NCBI GenBank assembly: GCA_043823085.1
Contig: JBDRBE010000004.1
Location: 269,992 to 333,991 of the forward strand
DNA: 64,000 bases
Origin: Candidatus Levyibacteriota bacterium
GTDB taxonomy: Bacteria > Patescibacteriota > Microgenomatia > Levybacterales > UBA12049
Reading direction: 5' to 3'
Below the pieces are notes generated by a model that worked only from the letters and a program-made list of their open reading frames with translations, did no database searches and was not told the DNA's origin. Position 1 is the first letter of the stretch. Each line of letters starts with the position of its first letter. Made by a program: the position numbers and the translations under genes. Shown here piece after piece: positions 35,593-47,818 of this stretch.

Positions 35593-37374
35593 CTATTCTT
35601 GCGCTACTCTCAAAACTTCTTCAACCGATGTTACGCCTTCAATAACTTTAAAATATCCGTCTTGTTTCATTGTAATCATCCCCTCCACGATAGCCTGTTT
35701 TTCAATTGTCGCGCTGTCCGAATTTTCCAAAAGAAGATGAGCAATTTTATCCGAAACAATCATTACCTCAAAGATTCCAACTCTTCCTAAATACCCTGAA
35801 TTTGAGCATGCAGGACATCCTTTCCCCTTATAAAATTTAAATTCTCCCTGCGTTTTTGGTAAAAGGTTTCCCAATACATTTTTAATCTCATTTATTATTG
35901 GAGACGGGGGAGAATAAGACTCTTTGCAATTAGAACAAATTTTTCGAACAATTCTTTGTCCAACCAGTGCATTCATTGTGGAAGCAAGCAAAAAAGGTTC
36001 CGCTCCTAAATCCAAAAGTCGAGGAAGCACCCCCGCGGCATTTGAAGTATGCAACGTTGAAAAAACCAAATGTCCGGTTAAAGCCGCCTGCAAAGCCAAA
36101 TCGTTTGTTTCTTCATCTCTTATTTCTCCAACCAAAATTATGTTTGGATCCTGACGAAGAAAAGACCTCAATCCTGTGGCAAAAGTAAGCCCGACAGCTG
36201 GATTAATCTGCACTTGATTAATTCCTGCTATTTGATACTCAACCGGATCTTCCAAAGACATAATATTAACCCTTGCGGTGTTTAGTTTTGAAAGAATGGA
36301 ATAAAGCGTTGTTGTTTTTCCCGAACCTGTCGGACCGCAAACAATAATTATTCCATGCGGACGTAAAATTGCAGTTTCTAAATTCTTCAAAGTCATACCT
36401 GAAAGGCCAAGTTCGGGAAGCGTTGGTATGCCTCCTGATTTTCGCAAAAGTCTCATCACAATTTTTTCTCCATCAACGGTTGGCAGGACAGAAATACGCA
36501 AATCAACTTCTTCATTTCCTATTTTAAAATTAAAACGTCCGTCTTGAGGAGAACGGTGTTCATCGATTTTCATTTCCGATAAAATTTTAATTCTGGAAAC
36601 GACCGCTTCCTGAACGGTTTTTGGAAGACTCAACCTGTCATATAAAATTCCGTCAATTCTATAGCGAACCCTGACTCTATCACTTTGAGGCTCAATATGA
36701 ACATCCGAAGCTCGACTTGTAACAGCATATTCTAAAATAGTTGTGACAATTTTAGCAATTGGCGCCTCTTTAATAATTTGCGATATTTGATTGCTATCGA
36801 CAACTCGGGTTTTAGGCATTTCCTCAGTTTCTCTTAGAGCTTGTCCGACTTCTGTTACTAATTCTTGACGATATTGTTCTTCAATAACTTTTGATATTTC
36901 CGAAGGAGTGGCTGCAAACGATTTGACGTCAAGCCCTGTTTTTTGACGAATAAAGGAAATCGCTTCAAGATCTGCAGGATTACCCATGGCAACAGAAAGA
37001 GTTTTATTTTTCTCGTCGTATAAAAAAGGGATTACTTTAAAACGCTCGGCAACTGCCCGCGGAATTAAATTTATGGTTTGGGGAGAAAATGAAGTAGTTG
37101 CAAGCGATACGAAAGGGACTCCTAAAAGTTTTGCACGGGCTTCTGTAAATTTATCTTCGGGAACAAGATTTAAAGCTTCTATAATTTCTCCAATAGGTTT
37201 TCCCTCCGTCGCGCTTTTAACCTTAGCCTCTCTGTATTGGCTCTGTGTTATAAGGCGATCGGCAAATAAAATATCCGCTATATTTTTTGGCGTCTGACCG
37301 AAATCCTGCGGTATGCTAGCTTTTCCACTTAAATCCAAACCCGATGTTGCTTGATTGTAAAAATCATTGGGCAT
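35593..37374 (-). CDS. pilB: Extension ATPase PilB/GspE
   Basis: ASDVHIEP, PQDGR, GPTGSGKTTTLY, LRQDPN, tetracysteine motif. Confidence 0.96.
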   Translation of the reverse strand: MPNDFYNQATSGLDLSGKASIPQDFGQTPKNIADILFADRLITQSQYREAKVKSATEGKPIGEIIEALNLVPEDKFTEARAKLLGVPFVSLATTSFSPQTINLIPRAVAERFKVIPFLYDEKNKTLSVAMGNPADLEAISFIRQKTGLDVKSFAATPSEISKVIEEQYRQELVTEVGQALRETEEMPKTRVVDSNQISQIIKEAPIAKIVTTILEYAVTSRASDVHIEPQSDRVRVRYRIDGILYDRLSLPKTVQEAVVSRIKILSEMKIDEHRSPQDGRFNFKIGNEEVDLRISVLPTVDGEKIVMRLLRKSGGIPTLPELGLSGMTLKNLETAILRPHGIIIVCGPTGSGKTTTLYSILSKLNTARVNIMSLEDPVEYQIAGINQVQINPAVGLTFATGLRSFLRQDPNIILVGEIRDEETNDLALQAALTGHLVFSTLHTSNAAGVLPRLLDLGAEPFLLASTMNALVGQRIVRKICSNCKESYSPPSPIINEIKNVLGNLLPKTQGEFKFYKGKGCPACSNSGYLGRVGIFEVMIVSDKIAHLLLENSDSATIEKQAIVEGMITMKQDGYFKVIEGVTSVEEVLRVAQE

Positions 37375-37437
37375 TACTTTAATAATAAGAAAAAATGTGC
37401 TAGCATGTCAATACTCGCAAAGAGTTTCTCGGTTCTT

Positions 37438-37465
37438 TGTCATTCTGAACTTGTTTCAGAATCTC
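37438..37465. repeat. Partial family-B palindromic element
   Basis: TGTCATTCTGAA-CTTGT-TTCAGAATCTC. Confidence 0.65.
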
Positions 37466-37484
37466 ATTAAATACTTTAAAGTCT

Positions 37485-38141
37485 ATGCAAACTTTTATTT
37501 TTGAATCCAACGACCAAACTAAAAGTATTGAAAAAGCGCTAAAACTTTGCCGTGAAGAAAAAATTGATGAGTTTGATATTAGCATTTTTGAACAAACCGA
37601 AGGCTCAATTGGAGTAGAAGATGTAAGAAACCTTCAGAAAAAAATTTTTCTAAAGCCGCTAAAAAGCCAAACAAAAGCAGTTATTATTAAAAATTCGCAA
37701 AATTTAACAATTGAAGCGCAAAACGCACTCCTCAAAGTCCTTGAGGAACCGCCGGAGAATACCGTTATAATACTGACTGTTGCAAACATTGATCTTTTGC
37801 TTTCGACGATTCTTTCGCGGGGCAAGATTATTCAGCTTAAAAAAGAAAGCCTTGAACTTTTACCGGGTGAAATAAAAAAATATAATGATCTTCTTTTGTC
37901 TTTGCCTTCTCTTGAAATAGGGGAGAGATTAAAACTTGCCGAAAGTTTTAGTAAAAATAAAGACGAAGCAATTCTTTGGCTTGAAAAAATGATAATTGTT
38001 GCGCGGAAAAATTTGATTGATGATTCTTCAAATAACCAATTGCTCAATTGCTTAATTTCTTTTCAAAAAGTTCACACCATTCTTTCCACCACTAACGTCA
38101 ATCTCCGCCTAACCCTGGAAAACCTGTTTATGAACTTGTAG
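37485..38141 (+). CDS. holB: DNA polymerase III delta' subunit-like
   Basis: SIGVEDVR, EAQNALLKVLEEPP, TILSR. Confidence 0.85.
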   Translation: MQTFIFESNDQTKSIEKALKLCREEKIDEFDISIFEQTEGSIGVEDVRNLQKKIFLKPLKSQTKAVIIKNSQNLTIEAQNALLKVLEEPPENTVIILTVANIDLLLSTILSRGKIIQLKKESLELLPGEIKKYNDLLLSLPSLEIGERLKLAESFSKNKDEAILWLEKMIIVARKNLIDDSSNNQLLNCLISFQKVHTILSTTNVNLRLTLENLFMNL

Positions 38142-38178
38142 ATATCAAGACTCTACATATAGTATAATTAAACCCTGA

Positions 38179-39141
38179 ATGAAGAATGTTGTTGTTACAG
38201 GCTCTCTTGCTTTTGACCATATTATGGATTTCCGTGAGAGCTTTGAGGAAAACATTCTTCCCGATAAATTAAAAACGCTTTCCGTTTCTTTTTTAGTTGA
38301 TAAATTCGACAAAAACTTTGGCGGAGTCGCCGGAAATATCGCTTATAATTTAGGCTTATTAAATCATAAAGCAATTATTTTATCATCGTGTGGCCAAAAA
38401 GATTTTTCACCTTATAAAAAGCATCTGCAAAAAATTGGCGTTGACATAAATTTTATAAAGTCATTAAGAAATAAATATACCGCAAACTTCTTTGTAATTA
38501 CCGATAAGAATAATTGCCAAATCGCCGCATTCAATCCCGGAGTAATGAACAGTGATGCTGATTTGAACATTGACTCCGTTAATAAAAATAACCCGATTGA
38601 TTTTCTTGTTATTTCACCGACAATTCCAAGCGCTATGAATAGTTTTGTCAACCAAGCCAAGAAACTGAACATTCCATATCTCTACGATCCGGCTCAGCAA
38701 ATTCCAAGAATCGAAAAAGAAGAATTAAAAAATGCGATTGATACGGCAGAAATTTTAATCGGCAATGATTATGAAATCGCACTTATCATTAAAAAAACCG
38801 GCTTTTCCAAAAAACAGATTATTGATAAAGTAAAAGTTTTAATTACAACTCTTGGAAAGGAAGGGTCAATTATTGAAACGAGAAGTAAACAATTTAAAAT
38901 CGGTGTTGTAAAACCAAAAAATATTATTGATCCAACCGGAGCAGGTGATGCTTACATTGCGGGATTTTTAAAAGGTTATCTCAATGATCATCCGCTCGAT
39001 GTCTGCGGACAACTAGGTGCAACCCTAGGAACTTATGCCATTGAAAATTACGGAACCCAAAAACACAAATTTTCACTTACTCAATTTAGAAAAAGATACA
39101 CAGAAAATTTTGGAAAGACTTCAGAATCTCAAGTCCTTTAG
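38179..39141 (+). CDS. PfkB-family kinase, probably adenosine kinase
   Basis: GSLAFD, FGGVAGNIAY, DPTGAGDAY; adjacent to ahcY. Confidence 0.88.
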   Translation: MKNVVVTGSLAFDHIMDFRESFEENILPDKLKTLSVSFLVDKFDKNFGGVAGNIAYNLGLLNHKAIILSSCGQKDFSPYKKHLQKIGVDINFIKSLRNKYTANFFVITDKNNCQIAAFNPGVMNSDADLNIDSVNKNNPIDFLVISPTIPSAMNSFVNQAKKLNIPYLYDPAQQIPRIEKEELKNAIDTAEILIGNDYEIALIIKKTGFSKKQIIDKVKVLITTLGKEGSIIETRSKQFKIGVVKPKNIIDPTGAGDAYIAGFLKGYLNDHPLDVCGQLGATLGTYAIENYGTQKHKFSLTQFRKRYTENFGKTSESQVL

Positions 39142-39211
39142 ACCAGGAGTTTTTAATTTTTGAACTGTATTTTTGATTTTTGAACTCAATGATGTTATCA
39201 TTACTTTTTAA

Positions 39212-40468
39212 ATGAAATACGATATCAAAGATATTAGTTTAGACAAGGAAGGTAAATTAAAAATTGAGTGGGCGAGTCAACAAATGCCGGTTTTAAGGCT
39301 TATTGAAAAAGAATTTCAAAAAGAAAAACCATTGGAAGGAATAACTATTGGCGCCTGTCTTCATGTCACAAGTGAAACCGCAAATTTAATGCTGACTTTA
39401 AAAGCAGGAGGTGCAAACGTAATTCTTTGCGCTTCCAATCCTTTATCGACTCAAGATTCTATTGCCGCATCGCTGGTTCATGATTACGAAATTCCAACTT
39501 TTGCCGTAAAAGGGGAAGACAACAAAACTTTTTATAAACATTTAAATATGGTTTTGGATTTTCATCCTCAAATCACTATGGATGATGGCGCAGATTTAGT
39601 TTCGCTTTTGCATAAAGAAAGGAAAAATCAAATTAAAGAAATCACCGGCTCAAGCGAAGAAACAACAACCGGAATTATAAGACTTAAAGCAATGGAAAAA
39701 GAAAAAGTGTTGAAGTTTCCGGTTATTGCGGTCAACGATAGCGATACGAAACACATGTTTGATAACAGATACGGCACAGGACAATCATCAATTGACGGAA
39801 TTTTGCGGGCGACAAATATTCTACTGGCCGGTAAAAATTTTGTAGTCTGCGGATATGGCTGGTGTTCAAGAGGAGTTGCAACAAGAGCAAAAGGCATGGG
39901 AGCAAACATTATAATTACAGAAGTTGATCCAATTAAAGCATTGGAGGCGGTTATGGACGGATTTAGAGTTATGAAAATTCAAAAAGCGGCAAAGATTGCG
40001 GATATAATGATAACTGCAACCGGCGACAAGAGTGTCATTGATAAAAAAGTTATTGATAATTTAAAAGACGGCGCAATAATTGCAAACACCGGCCATTTTA
40101 ATGTTGAAATTGATATTGAATATTTAGAATCTGCAAAGAAAACTAAAAGAAAAATGCGAGATAATCTGGAAGAATATGTTTTAAAAAATGGCAAAACAGT
40201 TTATCTTTTGGCAGAAGGAAGACTCGTAAATTTAGCATCTGCCGAAGGACATCCGGCAGAAGTTATGGATATGAGTTTTGCCAATCAAGCTTTGGCCGCT
40301 AAATTTATAGTTAAAAATAAAGGCAAATTAAAAAATAAAGTTTATGTTTTACCCAAAAATATTGACAGAACTATTGCGTTTCTAAAACTCAAAGGGATGG
40401 GAGTTAGCATTGACCACCTGACTAAAGTTCAAAGAAAATATCTTACAAGCTGGCAGGAAGGAACATAA
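39212..40468 (+). CDS. ahcY: Adenosylhomocysteinase
   Basis: [30 protein letters not shown]...GHP..VMDMSF. Confidence 0.97.
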   Translation: MKYDIKDISLDKEGKLKIEWASQQMPVLRLIEKEFQKEKPLEGITIGACLHVTSETANLMLTLKAGGANVILCASNPLSTQDSIAASLVHDYEIPTFAVKGEDNKTFYKHLNMVLDFHPQITMDDGADLVSLLHKERKNQIKEITGSSEETTTGIIRLKAMEKEKVLKFPVIAVNDSDTKHMFDNRYGTGQSSIDGILRATNILLAGKNFVVCGYGWCSRGVATRAKGMGANIIITEVDPIKALEAVMDGFRVMKIQKAAKIADIMITATGDKSVIDKKVIDNLKDGAIIANTGHFNVEIDIEYLESAKKTKRKMRDNLEEYVLKNGKTVYLLAEGRLVNLASAEGHPAEVMDMSFANQALAAKFIVKNKGKLKNKVYVLPKNIDRTIAFLKLKGMGVSIDHLTKVQRKYLTSWQEGT

Positions 40469-40487
40469 CCTCACATCGATTACATAT

Positions 40488-40545
40488 TACCAAAGGTGGC
40501 ATACCTAATCCACCTCTAAGGTGGATTTCTATTGACACCTCTGGT
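40488..40545. repeat. 58-bp nested palindromic direct repeat, left copy
   Basis: Identical to 41247..41304; inner hairpin AATCCACC-TCTAA-GGTGGATT. Confidence 0.97.
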
Positions 40546-40565
40546 TTTCGACACTAGAATAAATT

Positions 40566-41240
40566 ATGCCCGGAAGAAATACTATTCTTGCGAACGGGGA
40601 AACATATCATATTTTTAATAGAGGAGTTGCCTCTCAACCAACATTTATAGACAAAAAAGATTATCAGAGAGTTATGGATAGTTTCTTCTATTACCAAAAC
40701 ATTACTCCTCCAATAAAGTATTCAAAATTTTTAATGATTTCCGCTAAAGAGAGAGACAATATTATAAATAATTTAAGAAAAAAGAAATTTTTCCATGCTG
40801 ATATCATTGCTTATTGTTTTATGCCTACTCATTTCCATTTATTGTTAAGACAAAATGAAGAAAATGGAATCTCAAAATTTGTAGGAAACTTCACCAACAG
40901 TTATACAAGATACTTTAATACAAAACGGGAAAGAAAAGGACCAATCTTTGAAGGCAAATTCGGTTCTGTAAGAATTGAAACAAGCGAACAACTACTTCAT
41001 GTTTCGAGATACATTCACCTTAATCCTTACTCGTCTTATCTTGTTAAAACAACTCAGGAGCTCGAGTCTTTTACCTATTCATCATTTAATGAATATATCG
41101 CAGGTAATAGTAATCTTTGTAATAAAGACTTCATTCTGGAAAATTTTAAGACCGCTAAGGAATATAAAAAATTCGTTTTTGATCAAGCAGACTACCAAAA
41201 AAAACTAAACAACATTAAACACCTTCTCTTGGAGAATTAG
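40566..41240 (+). CDS. REP-associated tyrosine transposase (RAYT, Y1 HUH family)
   Basis: YHIFNRG, YCFMPTHFHLLL (HUH), YTRYFN, RYIHLNP, YSS. Confidence 0.92.
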   Translation: MPGRNTILANGETYHIFNRGVASQPTFIDKKDYQRVMDSFFYYQNITPPIKYSKFLMISAKERDNIINNLRKKKFFHADIIAYCFMPTHFHLLLRQNEENGISKFVGNFTNSYTRYFNTKRERKGPIFEGKFGSVRIETSEQLLHVSRYIHLNPYSSYLVKTTQELESFTYSSFNEYIAGNSNLCNKDFILENFKTAKEYKKFVFDQADYQKKLNNIKHLLLEN

Positions 41241-41246
41241 CGGAAA

Positions 41247-41304
41247 TACCAAAGGTGGCATACCTAATCCACCTCTAAGGTGGATTTCTATTGACACCTC
41301 TGGT
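41247..41304. repeat. 58-bp nested palindromic direct repeat, right copy
   Basis: Identical to 40488..40545. Confidence 0.97.
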
Positions 41305-41356
41305 AAAAATTCAAAAAAAATGCGGTGGAAATTTAGACATAGATTTGCTAAAATAG

Positions 41357-43312
<1,956 letters not shown>

Positions 43313-43370
43313 ACGAGCGCGGTCCTGAGATTTATCGAAGGACGAAACTTACTGCTTTTGATGTTTAATC

Positions 43371-43922
43371 TTATTTCGCAGGTTCCGCAAAATTTACAGG
43401 CATAATTTTTCCGCCAAGCTTTCCATTTAACGCATCTCTCACACGCTTAGCTAACGATAGAAAACCATTCAAATCACTCATGCCCTCATCTTCCAGATCG
43501 GGGTCTCTGTCTCTAACCCACAGATTCCAAACCTTGAAGCAACTAGATTGTTTTCCGACATCATCAACCTTTAATTCATATATTATACGAGCAGGAATAG
43601 GAAGAATTGAAAACTCCTGCTGTTCTTTAAAATTCAATTGCAATTTTAACGCAACTGACTGGCTCGTATCAGAAACATCGCAACCTAATTCTAATGACAT
43701 TAAATGAGGCAATTTAAACATTGGAATCACTCTTCCAAATTTCTTCCAATTGATACCCGTTAATTTACACCATCTCTCACGGCTATCTGTTTTTTCCTGA
43801 AGAACCTGCATCTTTTGATGATTGTAAATTCCTTTCACTAAGCCAACAAAAGCCTGCGACTTTTCTTTATCAGCAACTGGTTCACCGCGAAATCTTGCTA
43901 AAACCTCTCTTAAATTAGACAT
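43371..43922 (-). CDS. Orphan hypothetical protein
   Basis: 183-aa ORF filling the gap; no recognised motif. Confidence 0.65.
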   Translation of the reverse strand: MSNLREVLARFRGEPVADKEKSQAFVGLVKGIYNHQKMQVLQEKTDSRERWCKLTGINWKKFGRVIPMFKLPHLMSLELGCDVSDTSQSVALKLQLNFKEQQEFSILPIPARIIYELKVDDVGKQSSCFKVWNLWVRDRDPDLEDEGMSDLNGFLSLAKRVRDALNGKLGGKIMPVNFAEPAK

Positions 43923-43996
43923 AATTTAATTAGATAGAAAGTATAATGCTTCAGTATTTTTTTATCAGTGCTCGCATCATCTGCTATAATCGAATC

Positions 43997-44326
43997 ATGA
44001 TTCTAATCATCAAAACTAAAGCGACACCCGAACAAATCGAAAAAATGGCGGAGGATTTTGATGGATACATTAAAGTTATTGTTGATGTTGAAAAAAATAT
44101 ACTAGCTGACGGTGGAGAGCGGCATTTTGATGCCGAACAAGAGATGCTTAAACTTGGATCAAAACAAGAAAATCTTTGGGGTGGGGGACTGGATTTAGAA
44201 ACAAAAGAAATTGATTATAATTCTATTATCAACCTTCGTTCTTCTCAAGATAACCCCAGCCGAGACATTCTTTCTTTAGAAATAAGAAAAAAATTTGATA
44301 AAATAATAAAATCACTGCTTTTATGA
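43997..44326 (+). CDS. DUF5674-like protein
   Basis: IKVIVDVEK, GGERHFDAE, GSKQENLWGG, SIINLR; ATG 43997 after TGCTATAAT; family name from recollection. Confidence 0.75.
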   Translation: MILIIKTKATPEQIEKMAEDFDGYIKVIVDVEKNILADGGERHFDAEQEMLKLGSKQENLWGGGLDLETKEIDYNSIINLRSSQDNPSRDILSLEIRKKFDKIIKSLLL

Positions 44327-44634
44327 ATAACGAAGCAAAAATTTTGGATATTGCAATGAATTTAAACAGAATCGGAAATTGGGCGGCTGATGGATATGCG
44401 GCGAGACAAAAAAGAATTCATTTATTTTTAGACCAAACGTCTAAATATCTTAATTCTCTTGATTCATCAAAATTTTCCGATTCTTTTAAAAAAACCTTTG
44501 AACTTTTCTTAAAGGAATTTCCAAAACTTGAAAAGTCTGGAAAAAACGGACCAAAAGACGAACTTTTGTGGGCCGAAAAAATAATGACATGGGGAAACAT
44601 ATTGACCCATCGAGCAAAACTTATTAGATCTTGA
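44323..44634 (+). CDS. Small helical hypothetical protein coupled to the upstream gene
   Basis: Start overlaps upstream stop region; 103 aa. Confidence 0.7.
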   Translation: MNNEAKILDIAMNLNRIGNWAADGYAARQKRIHLFLDQTSKYLNSLDSSKFSDSFKKTFELFLKEFPKLEKSGKNGPKDELLWAEKIMTWGNILTHRAKLIRS

Positions 44635-45072
44635 ATGAATATTTTCTTAATCTTTACTTGGATTTATTTGGCAATGATTGCTATGTCTTTTTGGGAATCT
44701 GAAGTTGAAGGCCGCAAAGTATGGGATAAAGGAAAATTGGGTTTTAAAATTCACCTGGGCAAATACTGTTTACCCGCTTATCACATTTTTCTCTTCTGGG
44801 TAATGTGGCCGCTTCTTTTAAGCCTTCCGCTGATAATATATGGCTGGAATCTAAAACTTTTTGGTATTTTGGCAAGCGCTTATCTTTCGGGAATTGTCAT
44901 TGAAGATTTTATGTGGTTTATTGTTAATCCGGCAATTAAATTTAAGGATTCCTTTAATTCACAATTTGCCAGCTATTATCCATGGTTGAAACTTGGTAAA
45001 TTCGAAATCCCAGTCTTATATCTTGTCGGCCTCACCCTCTCTGTTCTCTCTTGGTATTTTATTTGGAAATAA
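44635..45072 (+). CDS. Hypothetical multi-pass membrane protein
   Basis: About four hydrophobic segments, IEDFMWF.VNP motif. Confidence 0.75.
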   Translation: MNIFLIFTWIYLAMIAMSFWESEVEGRKVWDKGKLGFKIHLGKYCLPAYHIFLFWVMWPLLLSLPLIIYGWNLKLFGILASAYLSGIVIEDFMWFIVNPAIKFKDSFNSQFASYYPWLKLGKFEIPVLYLVGLTLSVLSWYFIWK

Positions 45073-45125
45073 AGTTTAGCTTTTCTTGACAAGCAAATCT
45101 ACCTCTGCTAAAATCTATTTCACTT

Positions 45126-45515
45126 ATGGGAATTTCCGAAGTTTTAAATAAAGGCAGAGACTCTATACAAATTTGTGTTAAAAATGGTGATCTGCTCAGG
45201 CGTGCTGCTATAAATGAGTTAAGAAAACATCACGAAGTAGTAACTGGAGCTAGTACTGTTATAACAACTGCTGTATTATCTTATCGCGAAGCGCGCGCCA
45301 AAACACTAGCTGAAGAACTAGATCCTGAACTCCAAACAGATCGCACACCAGGCCTTGGAGGCGTTATGAGCAGAATAGGAACGACTATTCGTAATGAAAC
45401 CGCCCTTTTTAAGGAAACGCCAAAAGGGCCAATTATTAAAGCTGCCGCAACAGCCGTAATAGTATTTTTGGCAAAAAAAGCATCAGAGGAAATCAATAAA
45501 CCGTCCTCCAAATAA
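45126..45515 (+). CDS. Orphan hypothetical protein
   Basis: Own TTGACA/TGCTAAAAT promoter; 129 aa. Confidence 0.65.
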   Translation: MGISEVLNKGRDSIQICVKNGDLLRRAAINELRKHHEVVTGASTVITTAVLSYREARAKTLAEELDPELQTDRTPGLGGVMSRIGTTIRNETALFKETPKGPIIKAAATAVIVFLAKKASEEINKPSSK

Positions 45516-45631
45516 ACTGTTTTTGAAATTTAATCCCTGGGTTTAACGCGGGGAAAATTTTATCTCAACAACTTATAATTAATTCTTAAGTAGCCCTTGA
45601 AAATGGATTAGCCGATTAGTATAATGTATAT

Positions 45632-47686
45632 ATGGATTTATCGTTTTTGTTGGAAAAGCCCGTAACTCTAGCAATGGGTGCAGGAATTTTATCCATCCTC
45701 TACGGAATATTTTTAACCTTTCAAGTCTTGCAAAAACCCCGCGGCGATAAAAAAATGAACGACATTTCAGATGCCATTTCCGAAGGCGCAACTGCATATT
45801 TGAGCAAACAATATAAAGTAGTTGCCCTAATTGGCGTGGTAATTTTTGGAATCCTCCTTTATTTTTACAATTTTGAAACCGCAGCCGGCTTTGCCTTGGG
45901 CGCAATTTTTTCAGCTATTGCCGGAATTGTCGGAATGAATGTTGCAGTAAGAAGCAACATTCGAACGGCTCAAGCTGCAAAATCCGGTCTTGCACCAGCT
46001 TTTAATCTTGCCTTTCAAGGCGGAGCAGTCACCGGCCTTATGGTTGCCGGACTTGCACTTCTTTCTGTAAGCGGACTTTATTTTGTATTAGTACGTATGG
46101 GTCAGGGACATGTTGCCAATCTCCAACCTTTTATCGCTCTTGGTTTTGGCGGATCTTTAATTTCGGTTTTTGCAAGACTGGGCGGAGGAATTTACACAAA
46201 GAGCGCTGATGTTGGAACCGACATGGTAGGAAAAATCGAAAAGGGAATTCCCGAAGATGATCCAAGAAATCCGGGAGTTATTGCAGATTTAGTAGGGGAT
46301 AATGTCGGTGATGACGCAGGAATGGCCGCAGATCTTTTCGAAACTTATGTTATTACCGCAGTTGCGGCTATGATTTTAGGAAGTTTGGCTTTTGGAGGGA
46401 ATACAATTTTAACCTATCCAATGTTAATCGGCGCGGTTTCAATTATCGCAAGCATTATCGGAACCTGGTTTGTCAGGCTCAAAGGAAAAAATATTATGAC
46501 TGCGCTTTATCAAGGACTTGGAATTACAGCTGTTCTTTCCCTTGTTGGTTTTTATTTTATCACAACAACTTTATTTAAAGATATTCCAGGAATGGAAATT
46601 GTAGCAAGTCCTAAAGCAATGCCATTATTTTTGTCATCTGTCATTGGAATTGTTGTAACTATTGGCCTCGTAATAATTACTGAATTTTATACCTCCAAAA
46701 AATTCTCCTCGGTTAAAACAATTGCCCAAAGCTCCAGTACCGGACACGGTACAAATATTATTGCAGGACTTGCTATTTCGATGAAATCGACTTTTGCTCC
46801 GATTATTTTAATTTCGGCCGGAATTTTATTTGCTTATAATATGGCCGGACTCTATGGAATTGCAGTTGCGGCCATGAGCATGTTATCGCTAACCGGAATC
46901 ATTGTCGCCATTGATGCTTTTGGACCAATTACTGACAACGCGGGCGGAATAGCCGAAATGGCAGGACTAGATCAAAAGGTAAGGGATGTAACAGATCCTC
47001 TTGACGCGGTTGGAAATACAACTAAGGCAGTAACTAAAGCGTATGCTATCGGTTCTGCAGGACTGGCGGCTTTGGTTTTATTTGCAAGCTACACACAGGA
47101 ATTGGCACGTTCGCCAAAAGGAATAAATATCGCATTTTCGCTTTCCGATCCGCTAGTCATAGTAGGCCTTTTTATTGGCGGAGCATTGCCTTATCTTTTT
47201 GGCGCGCTTGCCATGGAAGCGGTTGGAAAAGCCAGTATGTCTATTGTTAATGAAGTCAGAAGACAATTTAGAGAAATAAAAGGAATCATGACAGGAAAGG
47301 CAAAACCGGAATACGGAAAAGCAGTTAATATTGTTACCAGTGCCGCAATAAAAGAAATGATTATTCCAACTCTTATTCCAATACTTGCGCCAATTATTAT
47401 CGGATTTACCCTTGGACCAAAAGCACTTGGAGGAATGCTGGTTGGTACAATTGTGACAGGGCTTTTTGTCGCAATTTCTATGACAACAGGCGGTGCGGCT
47501 TGGGATAATGCAAAAAAATATATTGAAGAAGGAAATTTTGGCGGCAAAGGAAGTTTTGCTCATCAAGCGGCTGTGACCGGCGATACTGTCGGGGATCCTT
47601 ACAAAGATACTGCAGGACCGGCAATCAACCCAATGATTAAGGTCATAAATATTGTCGCGCTTTTAATTGCAGCCTTCTTAATATAA
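45632..47686 (+). CDS. hppA: Membrane-integral pyrophosphatase, K+-independent type
   Basis: [35 protein letters not shown] (Lys determinant), [10 protein letters not shown]. Confidence 0.96.
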   Translation: MDLSFLLEKPVTLAMGAGILSILYGIFLTFQVLQKPRGDKKMNDISDAISEGATAYLSKQYKVVALIGVVIFGILLYFYNFETAAGFALGAIFSAIAGIVGMNVAVRSNIRTAQAAKSGLAPAFNLAFQGGAVTGLMVAGLALLSVSGLYFVLVRMGQGHVANLQPFIALGFGGSLISVFARLGGGIYTKSADVGTDMVGKIEKGIPEDDPRNPGVIADLVGDNVGDDAGMAADLFETYVITAVAAMILGSLAFGGNTILTYPMLIGAVSIIASIIGTWFVRLKGKNIMTALYQGLGITAVLSLVGFYFITTTLFKDIPGMEIVASPKAMPLFLSSVIGIVVTIGLVIITEFYTSKKFSSVKTIAQSSSTGHGTNIIAGLAISMKSTFAPIILISAGILFAYNMAGLYGIAVAAMSMLSLTGIIVAIDAFGPITDNAGGIAEMAGLDQKVRDVTDPLDAVGNTTKAVTKAYAIGSAGLAALVLFASYTQELARSPKGINIAFSLSDPLVIVGLFIGGALPYLFGALAMEAVGKASMSIVNEVRRQFREIKGIMTGKAKPEYGKAVNIVTSAAIKEMIIPTLIPILAPIIIGFTLGPKALGGMLVGTIVTGLFVAISMTTGGAAWDNAKKYIEEGNFGGKGSFAHQAAVTGDTVGDPYKDTAGPAINPMIKVINIVALLIAAFLI

Positions 47687-47694
47687 ATAACATG

Positions 47695-47811
47695 GACGAT
47701 GGAAAATAGAAAATAGATGCTGGAATTTGATGATGGAAAATAGAAAATAGAAATTCTACCCTCAAACATCCAACCTCAAAATCTATTTTCTAGCTTCCAC
47801 CATCTATCGTC
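47695..47811. repeat. Heptamer-unit inverted repeat region
   Basis: GAAAATA-type units followed by complementary TATTTTC-type units; GACGAT...ATCGTC ends. Confidence 0.75.
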
Positions 47812-47818
47812 AAATAGT

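Noticed and set aside
39117-39150. Possible IS200/IS605 end or TnpB omega-RNA remnant (GAATCTCAAGTCCTTTAGACCAGGAGT), with a similar stretch near 45532-45554
   Set aside because: Too short and degenerate, and no tnpB nearby; cannot be supported without a search.
40488-41304. CRISPR array
   Set aside because: Only two repeats separated by a whole gene; no spacer series or cas genes in the window.
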